The notes beneath the pieces are model-generated. The model was given only the letters and a program-made list of their open reading frames with translations. It was not told the DNA's origin and did no database searches. From the human T2T-CHM13v2.0 reference genome, Homo sapiens: 64,000 nucleotides of DNA. This document shows positions 13,173-24,201 of this stretch, piece by piece. Position 1 is the stretch's first letter, and each line of letters opens with the position of its first letter. The stretch is taken from the NCBI RefSeq assembly GCF_009914755.1, contig NC_060927.1; one strand, 5' to 3'. Position numbers and translations under genes: made by a program.

Positions 13173-14383
13173 GTAAGACGAGGAATGCCCTCCTTCCTTT
13201 CTTCCTCTCCACCACTCCTCCTCCTTTAGCCTAACTTTGGATGAACACCTCTCCTTCCCTTCTGCTTATGTTCTGCTTTGAGTTTCTATTTATTGTGCAA
13301 AATATTATAGTTGATGTTGTATATATGAGATAACATAGCAAATCAAATTGACGGATTATTCCAGCCAGGCAGTTCTCAGCCTTGCCCATCTTGATGTTAG
13401 ATGAAATTCACATGTGTGGCTCTCACCAGGGTCTGGGCTGCAGCAGTGATAAAATGGGCTTCTCAGAGGTTACACAGTGCAGAAATACAAGGGAGTGAAG
13501 GGAACATTGTTAGAAGAAAGCATTTGTGGTTTTGATGCTTTTAACTATTATTAGTAACAAATTACTTTGAACATACCATAGTGCAGGTGGGATGACTCCA
13601 CTATTAGCATCAATTGAGAACCATTGTGCTACAGAAGTGCCTCAGACTTCTAGCTTCATGTCCTAAAAGCTCTCTCTGCAAGATTAAAACATTGCTTTGA
13701 CACCATAAACTTGTGAAGCCGCCTGAATGTTGAGATCTTACAGGCATGTGAAATGATGATTTTTCTCTTAGGGACCATATACCAGGGATTTTCTTGCAAG
13801 AGCAAAGCAGTGGCCTCCCTTTGCAGAGGGTCGGTCGGCAGCTGCCTGGACTTCGGGCGTCTCAGCTGGCAGTGCCACCTCCTCATCCTGATGCCGAGTT
13901 GGATCACTTATGTGATTGTAGTTTTTGTGTACCTTTGGCAGTTTTAATCTCAGCTATTTGATGATCTGGAGGACATGAAGTAGGTGAGTCAGGACCCAGT
14001 TAAGGTTTTTATAGGAGAGCAGCACATCCTAGATTGAAATTTTCCAGTTGGAAGTTTGAAAAGTAGGTGATATTGGATGGTTTTGTTGAATGTGACAACT
14101 CTGAGGGATTGACGTTGGGGGTGTGAAGGGTGTCACGGTTTTGAAACAAGAACTGGGGCAAAGCCAGAGGAATAATTGGCTGTTGACGTCTAGTGAGAGC
14201 GTGGGAAGGGCCTAGTGGGGGGCATGTGTGCTGGGAGCCTGCCACTTAGGGCTGCCATATCGTGAGGGGTGCTTCTATCTGTGGCACATTAATTCTGCTG
14301 CCAGTTCCACAGCAAACAAAGGAATGGGGTGAGAAAAAATGAGTCCTGAAGCTACTTAGCCAGTAGCAGGTAAAAGGTGCTTA

Positions 14384-14682
<299 letters not shown>

Positions 14683-16724
14683 GTTCTTCTGTGTTTCAAA
14701 TAGCAATTGGGCTACATACATGGAGAAGTCACATTCAGTGGCTTTTTTAGACTGTAAAACCAAACTGCCAAATTTCACTGTCCTACTGATTTCAGTGTAG
14801 TTCATGTTTGATTCTGTGGCAACTGTTGGGCAAACCACTTCAATTGACCTTAGCTTTGTGGAGCTGTGCAGAGCTGCAGCCCCTCAGCCTTTTCTGGAGA
14901 CAGTGGTGGCAGGTGGGGATGGCATGATCGACTGGCAACCCCATGGCCCCAAAAGCTGGTAGGAGTTATGTTGAGTAGATGATTGAAGATAGTCTTCCCT
15001 GTCCTGGTTGTGGCATGTCTTATACTTGACGTTATAATACTAAGCAGTGCCAGAAATACAGGCAGAGGAGGGGTGTCTTCCTCAGGTCAAGGGCCTGTCC
15101 CTGTCCCCATTGTCAGCTCTGTAAAGGTCATGTGGAATTTTTTTTGCTTATCTATCTTCGGAAAGTCTCAGAAGTCATGGGCTCTAGTCAGTCTGTACAG
15201 TGTAGTCCCTAAGAGCATTACAGACAGCAGCGGTCGTCACTTAAGGGAGTTTTGATTAGCCACTTATTAATGATTAAAGACAATAAATAATTTGACTAAA
15301 AAACAGTCACAGAAAAACCTGGGTGGCTGTTGTGAACAGAGGTCCCAGGCACCCTCAGCCTGAAGGTATCTCTGCCAGCTTCCTCTGTGCTCCAAGCACA
15401 CAGCGCTGCTGCCACCTCCTGTCTCCTCCCCGGGGCGTGCACTAAGTTTACTAGGTACTACTTGGGTTTTCCAGCAGACACCATCTCCTCACCTTAGGAT
15501 GGAATGGTGCTGCCCTCTCGGGGTCAAGTCAAGTGGCGACCACTTTTATCTTTCCGTGTGGTCCACGCAGGTGAAGACCTTGTTCTGGCGCATATGGGAG
15601 TACACATATAAACAGAAATATATTACTAAACAAACACCGCGTGTTCATTCAGCCCCGTAGCCAAAGGCAGATGGGGAGCCTGCCCACCCCGGATGGCCCC
15701 TTTCTGGTTTTCTTCACTCATCAGCTGGCTTTCTGTTTTTGTTGACTGTGCCCTTTATGTAGTAGCTGCCACTGCCGCGAGCATCCCTTTCTGTCTGGCA
15801 TTGTAAGTGCTTACGTTTGCTCTCATTTAATCTGTGGGCACTAGAACACGCTCCTGCTCAACTCAAAAGTCTTCACCTGCGAGACTGGCTGGGGCCCTCA
15901 CTGTACAAATTACTCCACGTTAAGGCCGTAATTACGTTAATAGATTCAGTGGTCATCTGTTGAAACCATAAACTGCTTCCATCTGTGTCTTGCCAGGAGC
16001 AGCTGAGCTTGTGAGTGGCAGAAGCTGAACAAGACACTGGCGTTTAGAAATAAGTAAGGTAGTAAAGGTGGGAGAACTTTGTGGCCAGAGTGGTCTCCCA
16101 CAGCTCGGCATCTGCTGGCCGCCTGTCTAGCACTCTTTCCTTCGTAAGGTAGGAGCAGGGAGGCTCATCTGTCTTTCAGGCAGGAAGGACATAGTGGTAA
16201 TTTATAAGTTTCTGTCCTCACCACCCACCCTTTGCATGATGCTGATTTTTTTTTTTTTTTTAAGCAAGTGTAGTTTGGTTTTCAATACAATTTTCATGGT
16301 TATTTTTGGACAAGTAATCGTGGTCCTTAATTTTATGTGCAGTATTGTAATGATTTAAACCCATAGCTAGCTAACTAAAAAGGGCCCACAAAACTCTTCT
16401 TAAGTGTCTCATTTTCCTTAGAAGTGCCAAGTGCTGCAAACAGAGGGAGGCTGCTCAGCCTCCCCCAACAGCTCAAAGGTGTTGGGAGAAAGGATGCAGT
16501 CAGGTGCTGGGAGCAGCCTGCAGGGACCGTCTTCCTGCCATGTTTCTCTCCAGGCCACCAGCTTGCTTGTCATGGAGGCTTTTCCTGTATCTTAAAGGAT
16601 GCATAGCTACTGTTGGCATACTTGACCATTTTCAGTTTTCTTCCATAGACCTGACCAGAAGTCTTTTCACTGGCATATGCACTAGTTTTGCCTTCATTAA
16701 CTCTTTCTGCTTACAGAAGTAATA

Positions 16725-19316
16725 CAGGCATATTTTGTTTAATTGCACTTCTCAGTGCACTTTTTTTCCAAATTGAAGGTTTGTGGCAACCCTGCGTTGA
16801 GCGAGTCTTGCAGAGCCCTTTTCCAATAGCACATGATGACTTTGTGTCTGTGTCACATTTTGGTAATTCTCACCTGTCAAATATTTTCATTATCATATCT
16901 GCTGTGGTGATCTGTGATCAGCCGTCTTCGATGTTACTGTAATTGTTTTGGGGCATCACCCACTGTGTCCACCGAAGACGGCAAACTTAATCGACAAATG
17001 TGGTGTGGGTTCGGGCTGTGTCTCCAACCAGCCATTCCCTCTCTCTCTCCCTTAGGCCTCTATTCTGTGAGACACAATATTGCAGTTAGGCCAATTAATA
17101 ATCCTCCAGTGGCCTCTAAGTGTTGAAGTGAAAGGAAGAATCACACCTTTCTCATTTTAAATAAAAAACTCGGGCCGGGCATGGTGGCTCACACCTGTAA
17201 TCCCAGGATTTTGGGGGGCCAAGGTGGCAGATGGCTTGAGCCCAAGAGTTCAAGACCAGCCTAGGCAACATGCCAAACCCTGTCTACAAAAAATACAAAA
17301 ATTAGCTGGCCATGTTGGTGTGTGCCTGTAGTCCCAGCTACTTGGGAAGCTGAGGTGGGAGGGTCACCTGAGCTCAGCAGGTAGAGGTTGCTGTGGGCCA
17401 CGATCGTGCCACTGCACTCCAGCCTGGGTAACAGCAAGACCCTATCTCAAAAAAAAAAATTAATTAATTAAAAATAAAAGCTGGAGATGATTAAATTTAG
17501 TGAGGAAGGCATGTGGAAAGCTGAGATAGGCCAGAATCTAGGCCTCTTGTGACAGTTAACCAAATTGTAAATGCAAAGGAAAAGTTCTTGAAGGAAATGA
17601 AAAGTGCTATCCAGTGAATACACAAATGATAAGTGTAACAGCCTCATTGCACATACGAAGAAAGTTTGGTCTGGATAGAAGATCAGACCGGCCACAACAT
17701 CCCCTTAAGCCAAAACCTAATCCAGAGCAAGGCATTAACTCTCTTCCCTGAAGGCTGAGAGAGGTGAGGAAGCTGCAGGGTTTGAAGTTAGGAGAGGTTG
17801 ATTCATGAAGTTTAAGGAAAGAAGTCATCTCTGTAACACAGAAGTGTAAGGTGAAGTGGCAAGTGCTGATGGAGAAGCTGCAGCAAGTTACCCAGATCTA
17901 GCTAAGATCATCGATGAAGGCACTAACACTAAACAACAGATTTTCAGGGTAGATGAAACAGCCTTCGATTAGAAGAAGATGCCATCTAGGACTTTCCTAG
18001 CTAGAGAGGAGACATCAATGCCTGGCCTCAAAGCTTCAAAGGACTGGCTGACTCTCTTGTTAGGGGCTAATGCAGCTGGTATCTTTAAGTTGAAGCCAAT
18101 GCTCATTGACTCTTCTGAAAATCCTAGAGCCTTTAAGAATGGTGCTAAATCGACTCTGCCTCTGCTGTAGAAATGGAACAACAAAGCCTGAGCGACAGCA
18201 CATCTCTTTACAGCATGCTTTCTTGAATATTTTAAGCCCACTGCTGGGACCTAGTGCTCAGAGGAAAAGATTCCTTTTAAAATATTTCCGCTCATTGACA
18301 GTGTACCTGGTCACCCTGGAGTTCTGCTGGAGATGAATGTTGTTCTCATGCCTACTATCAACATCCATTCCTTAGCCTGTGGATCAAGGAGTTACTTTAA
18401 CTTTCAGGTTTTATTAAATTTCATAAGGCTACAGCTGCATCAACAGTGATTCCTTTGCTAGATGTGGGCAAAGTAAATTGGAAGCCTTCTAGAAAGGAGT
18501 CACCATTCTAGATACCAGTAAGAACATTAGTGGCTTCATAGGAGGTCAAAATATTGACCATGCTGGGACTTTGGAAGAAGTTGATTCCAATCCTCATGGC
18601 TGACTAGTGGAGGGAAACACATACTAGATGTACTGGAAATGGCAAGACCACCGTAGTCAGAAGTGGAGCCTGAAGATGTAAAGAATTGCCACAATCTCAT
18701 GATCAAACTTGAACGGATGAGGAGTTGGTTCTTATGGGTGAGCAAAGAAAGTGATCTATTGAGATGAATCTACTCCTGGTGAAGATACGGTGAACACTGT
18801 TGAAATTACAATAAACGATTTAGAATATTTCATCAATTTAGTTGAGAAAACAGTGGCAGAGTTGAGACGGTTGACTCCAATTTTGAAAGAGGTCCTACTG
18901 TGGGCAAAATGTATTGTGTGCTACAGAGAAATCTTTCATGAAAAGAAGAGTCCATCAATGCAACAATTACTATTTTTAGAAATTTCCACAGCCACTCCAA
19001 CCTTCAGCAGCCACTACCCTGGTCAGTTAGCAGCCATCATTCAAAGCAAGACCCTCTATCAGCCAGAAGATTACAATTTACTGCAGGCTCAGATGCTCAT
19101 GAGCATTTTTTAGCAATAAAGCATTTTAAAATTAAGGTATGTACAATTTTTAGACATAATTGCTACTGCATACTTAATAGACTGTAGTAGAAACATAACT
19201 TTTCTGTGCCCTGGGAAACGAAGAAATTTGAATGGCTTGCTTTATTGCAATATTCACTATTATGGTGGCCAAACTTGGCCTGGGACCAAACTTGAAATAT
19301 CTCTGAGTCATGCCTG
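16725..19316 (+). mobile_element. Near full-length Tigger1 DNA transposon (pogo/TcMar), decayed transposase
   Basis: TA|CAGGCAT...ATGCCTG|TA termini with TA target duplication; remnant [34 protein letters not shown] typical of Tigger1/TIGD1 transposase. Confidence 0.92.
17173..17475 (+). mobile_element. AluJ nested in Tigger1
   Basis: Dimeric Alu; aaataaaa-like TSD; Tigger1 sequence resumes after it. Confidence 0.92.
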
Positions 19317-20259
19317 TACTCTTGGTGAAAAGGTTCAAAGGTTATGGAAGCGTGGGCCAGGAATGTGTCCTATAATCCACAGGCAGCAGGCATTCAGTTT
19401 AGGGCTTAAGACACATCCCTGGCTTGCCTTTTAGATATGGAATCATAGTCCTTGGACTTAGTTTTTTAAACCTGTTTTGTAATTTTTTTATGTTGGCATC
19501 TGTAGATTTCCTCATCTTTATCAGCTACATAATCATCCACTGTATGTTTATACTGTGCCATAACTTATATCACCATCAGCAATGCCACAATGAAAATTTT
19601 TGAACAAATATCTGAGTAGGTATGGGGAGGGGGGGCAGTTTTAAAGAATGAATCCCCAATTTGTATCCTCGTGGCATTGTAGTTTTACTTTGCATTGCTC
19701 TGATTATTCTACATTGCACCTTGGCTGGTTAGCAGCACCTTCTGTGATACCAAGGGGACTGTGCAGGTGGAGGCATGCTGCCCCCTTCACAGCCACAGCC
19801 CATTTGCCTTTCATGCCTTTAGACAGAAAAGGAACACAGGGAATCCATGGAGGTTCAACTCGTTGTCGTGACGTCATGTTTTGGGGTCTCGAAGGACAAA
19901 ATGCAACTGAGTCAGTGGGTGGAGCGGCAGCATTGCCCAAAAATCTCTTCACTGAGCAACCCCTGGAGATCACTTTAGAGGTGTGGGCTGGAAGTGCCTT
20001 CCAGCCTTACCTAGGATTCAGCTCTTTAACACCTTTTTAAAAAAAATCAATTTCATGTTTCAAAGGGAAAAATGGCATGAAAGTTTTAGAACTACTGTTG
20101 GGACACAGCTATTACTTGCCTTATTTGGGAGCGTTCACAAGCTGTTTGGTAGTTAGCCACTAATGAGCATGGTGTATTGAGCTGAGCAAGCTGTGGGTAT
20201 TGGAATTTAACCTTTTTTTAAAATACGCACAACATTAAAAATCCTGTTTTTTCCCCTAG

Positions 20260-20377
20260 ATTATTTGCAGGTGTCTTCCCTCGAATGGCAGCCATCAGTC
20301 TGGGAGGTTTCATCTTTCTGGGGGCTTATGACCGAACGCACAGCTTGCTGTTGGAAGTTGGCAGAAAGAGTCCTTGA
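20260..20377 (+). CDS. SLC25A26: SLC25A26 last coding exon ([38 protein letters not shown])
   Basis: tgttttttcccctag acceptor; carrier motif GLFAGVFPR and TM6; TGA at 20375-20377. Confidence 0.96.
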
Positions 20378-20626
20378 AGCAGAGACAAGCCTCACCTCCA
20401 CTTCTGTCAAGAGAGGGGCCTGCAGTGCAAACCCTCTTCCGCTGAGCAGCTGTCTGAACTATAGGCCCCAGTGCTGAAGACCAGTTGTGCTAAGATACCG
20501 GCATGGAGATTGTGCCATCCGTGGTATAGGCTGGCTGGTATGAAGTCATTGGCCTGTATGCCAGAGAGCTAAGAGAAGAAAACGGGGTCTGTGGCGGTAC
20601 TCTGAACAATTTCCTCAGAACCTCTT

Positions 20627-20632
20627 AATAAA
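20627..20632 (+). terminator. Proximal polyadenylation signal AATAAA of SLC25A26
   Basis: Canonical hexamer 250 nt after stop, T-rich sequence downstream. Confidence 0.65.
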
Positions 20633-21385
20633 TAAGTTTGGTAATGCTGAGGCCAGGCCTTTTAGAGCTTTCATTTGATCTGTATCTGATCTTTCATTTC
20701 CTGCCACCTGATGGTGGATTCAGCAGAAGGCAAGATGGTTATAATTCTAAAAGAATAGCTTGTTTGTTTGTTTGGGAAAAGGAGACTTGGGGAAGAGTTG
20801 TGTATGTGGGTGTTTCTCCCCCTAGTTAATTCCTGTTGTGTAAGGGTAGGCTTTGTTGAAAAAGAAAGAAAGATTGAACTACAGGTGCATAGCAAGCACT
20901 CTTTCTGGGTAACTAGGCTGCTGGTTTTAATTACCCTCAGATTTCACCCATAAAAACGCACAATTGTATTATTTTACAGAGATGTGTCCAGCGCCCCCTG
21001 TGGTGTGTGAGAGAAAGCAGCTGCAACTCAAGTGACTAGGTGGGCCCAGCTGGCTTCGTGCAGGAGGGCACGGTGGGTGAGCCATTCTCGCCATTCTCAT
21101 GTCAGACTGAAAGGAGGGCCTGGGCCAGCTTTGAAAAGGCAGGATGAAATGGAAAGGTCACCACACTTAGGGATTTTAGACCTTGACTAACAAGCTCCAG
21201 GTGTAGAAAAATTCAAAACAAAATGTCAGGAATCTAGCAGTGTTGTCTGCCCTGGAGCAAACAAACAGTATGTGATTTTGCTTCGCCTATTTTTTTTTTC
21301 TTTTTTGGGGGAAGATAATTAAAGGCAGAATGACTGCGTTTGTAAAAGAAGGACCACCAACTATACTGACATTTATAAATGAACC

Positions 21386-21391
21386 TTTATT
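21386..21391 (-). terminator. LRIG1 polyadenylation signal AATAAA (TTTATT on +)
   Basis: Canonical hexamer ~1.45 kb after LRIG1 stop, upstream UGUA elements on - strand. Confidence 0.75.
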
Positions 21392-21470
21392 AAAGACACT
21401 TCAATGCCATTTGTTAGACACTTCAATATTTTACATGGTTTTCAATGTACACTGTACCAAAATTTCTATA

Positions 21471-21476
21471 AATAAA
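21471..21476 (+). terminator. Distal polyadenylation signal AATAAA of SLC25A26
   Basis: Canonical hexamer with upstream TGTA elements (21446, 21453). Confidence 0.7.
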
Positions 21477-22137
21477 TAACTTTGTACATAAAAGTAATAC
21501 TCCCTCTTTCACATTGCCTCTCAGAAGCAGCAAATTCACATATTTTGTGGAAGTAAGATTAGTCAGTTAACTGTCAAGAACAAAATTCTAAATGTGCTTA
21601 CCTTTTGAACAGTGATGACACCTGACAGTAATTGTTAACTATTTTCTCAGTAACTCCCTTCAGCTTTTGGCCAAAGGAACATTTGAAGGACCTTGTTTCT
21701 ATTTAAGTTTTACTAAATGACACATTGGCACTCATAAGATGGTTAGCTACCAGTCTCAAAAGTGCAAATTATACCCAGAACCCAGGTCAAGGGCTGTCCT
21801 TTCCAGTCCCAGCTCAGTTTCATCTGTGCGAAGGAATGGCATGGACAGGCCTGCTCTGGGTCCTTAGTAGAAATAAGGTAGCCCTGAAAAGTCAGAACTT
21901 CCTCCTTTCTGTCCCCCAAGGCCAATGTAATACTCATTATATTGGCAAAACGAAAACATCAGTATAGAAAAATCCACAGGTACCAACACCAGCAGCCTTT
22001 ACCTTAATTTAAAAGTCTCAAATAGCAATCGAATGATACTGAGAAGGCCACATTTGCTTTTATCATAAAATAAGAGGAGGAGGAAAGGCAGTGTTTAACT
22101 GTTCTGACCTTTTGCTTGTGATGGATTAACAACCCTC

Positions 22138-22185
22138 ATTCTACGCCTTACAGACGGACAGATTCTACGCCTTACAGACAGACAG
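22138..22185. repeat. 24-bp tandem duplication in LRIG1 3'UTR
   Basis: attctacgccttacagac(g/a)gacag x2, one mismatch. Confidence 0.95.
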
Positions 22186-22832
22186 GACTTAAACCTAAAA
22201 GGAAAAGCCATTCACTGCAAGTGTGGATGGCACTTGCACCCCTGGCTCTACAGACAGGGAAGCCTGTTGCAGGGGCATCCACACATGAGCAGTGCTCACC
22301 TGAAGCTCCTTCCGGCGCATGTGGAGTCCCACCGCACAGCAGCCTAGGGGTCTATGAAGTGCAATATAAATCCAAGGCCTTCCATCCTTCCCACCCCGCA
22401 CCAAAAACTCCTGTGAACAAATGTGGTTGTAGCCTCTATAAATTCCAGCCATGCGTTAAGGCACCAGAACTATTTCCCCACCCCCTCCAAAATTAAACAG
22501 CAACCTGATACGAAAAATAATATTGTCAAAATTGTATAATTTTTTTCTGTTAACCATGCACTAAAGATTAAAATAGCCTCTGTAAAAGATATATATGAAA
22601 TCTCTGAAAACTCTTATGTACAATGATATCAAATACTTTTTTTGCCTTTTGTACACAAATCCCCTCTTGCGTTTACTGTGCTTCAGATCCAAGTCCTGTG
22701 AGCGACTGATACTCCACATGGGAGTTACAACTATGTACAGATGAGTGACGCTTGAACCCAAGCTTCCTCGCAGCCTCTCCTACCTCTCTTTCCCGTAGAG
22801 ATTGGTATGACAAGAACTGAGGTAGACAAAAC

Positions 22833-23059
22833 CTAGCTTTTTGGTGCCAACAGCAGTGGCACCCTCTGTTTCCCGGGGAGCTGTCCTGTCAGTGGCGTGG
22901 ACTCGGGACTGGCGTCACATGCTTTGGGGAGGTGGCCATTGGAAACAAGCAAGTACTGGGCTTCCGCGCGCTCTGGACTGCCTGAAGTTAATGAAGATGC
23001 AGGCTGTAGCTCTGTGGAGTCCGGGTGATACAACCTTGCTAAAGTCCAGGAAGAATCCC
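22833..23059 (-). CDS. LRIG1: LRIG1 last exon (19) CDS: [13 protein letters not shown]...VPLLLAPKS*
   Basis: tttccttgtag acceptor; TAG at 22833-22835; matches LRIG1 C-terminus. Confidence 0.96.
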
Positions 23060-23146
23060 CTACAAGGAAAGAACGAACCTGTCAGACCCCCACTTGACCG
23101 TTTAAGCAGCTCCCAACCCACCTGTTAGAAGACAGTCAAAAGTTAC

Positions 23147-23431
23147 CTTTCCCATCTAGAGATGCCATTGGCTTTTTCTTCACAGCCGTCAGCATTCTAT
23201 CGTGGTTACTGGGGTAGAGCGACCCTTGGCACTCGGGGCAGGACCCAGCGGCAGTCCTGCTGCACTGGTGATGTGGAGAATGCTCTTGGTCACTCCCACC
23301 CGGCTCCGGGCCATTTGGCGCACTTGGCTGTGCGCTGTCTCTGGACACAGGCTGGGGGTGGAAGGCTTGTCCCCTGGAGTAACAGTCCACTTCGGTGTTG
23401 CAGTCACTGCATACGACCCGGCCACCGTGTT
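23147..23431 (-). CDS. LRIG1: LRIG1 exon 18, cytoplasmic tail (EHGGRVVCSDC...SLDGK)
   Basis: AG/GT boundaries, 285 nt, phase 1-1. Confidence 0.95.
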
Positions 23432-24048
23432 CTGAAGGACAGCGCCAAAGATGGGTTAGAGTCACTGCTGTGGGAGTCTTCGTCCCCACACAGAGGACAG
23501 GCTGCTCAGCTCCACTGTGCAAGGTGAGAACCCTGACTGCAAACACTGTATGCATGCTTCCTCTTTTCCCCAACTATGTCCCCAGAGAAAGGACTGGGCA
23601 AACACCAAGTCACTCATGAACTGTGGGGTCTTTCGTGTTTACAGTGAATTTCATAGACAATGTAGTCTTACTGCTTCACGGGGGAAAAGCCATTAGCCTT
23701 AGGTACCATGCAGTGTTGGGTCTTTTCAACAATTAGAAATAAGCCTCAAAATAGCCCTGGTGAAAAAGTGCTGACTGAAACTCTATACTTCGTTTGTGCC
23801 TTGCCCCTTATTTAAGTTGCTTATACATCTAGAAAATTCATGCTCAGGCTTACCATGGCGTAGATTTATTTAGGAGAAACTATCCTGGAATTAAGAGAGC
23901 CAGGCCTGAGCTTCCCCTGTATATACTGAATACCAAATTTGGAGACAGCTGTGGACTAGGAATGTGTCTCCCCCTTTGATGTAGTGACTAGGTCAGCCCA
24001 AATTTCCATTTCAGAAAGAAACTACTTCCAATGGGAAGCATCTCATAC

Positions 24049-24201
24049 CCATCTTATGTGGCCCAGGTGTCCCTTCAGCTTTCTCCATCGCTTTCCACGG
24101 CTCTTTGTGATACGCAGACCCAGCACAGAGCTTTGGCTGCCTGCAGGCAACGCTGTGAGTGTCGGGCTCTGGAAAGTGGCTTGCATCTCTTGGACACACA
24201 C
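24049..24201 (-). CDS. LRIG1: LRIG1 exon 17, cytoplasmic ([10 protein letters not shown]...GPHKM)
   Basis: AG/GT boundaries, 153 nt, phase 1-1. Confidence 0.95.

Larger units (their letters stand above)
20378..21497 (+). other. SLC25A26: SLC25A26 3'UTR (short form near 20650, long form to about 21497)
   Basis: Follows stop codon; AATAAA at 20627-20632 and 21471-21476; end estimated ~20 nt after distal hexamer. Confidence 0.75.
21367..22832 (-). other. LRIG1: LRIG1 3'UTR
   Basis: Between TAG (22833-22835) and PAS at 21386-21391; AU-rich; end estimated. Confidence 0.8.

Noticed and set aside
17979-19113. Tigger transposase ORF pieces as a domesticated TIGD-like gene
   Set aside because: Multiple stops and frameshifts plus Alu insertion; fossil only
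23162-23527. Antisense ORFs over LRIG1 exons (also 25718-26080, 28658-28954)
   Set aside because: Shadow ORFs of GC-rich coding sequence
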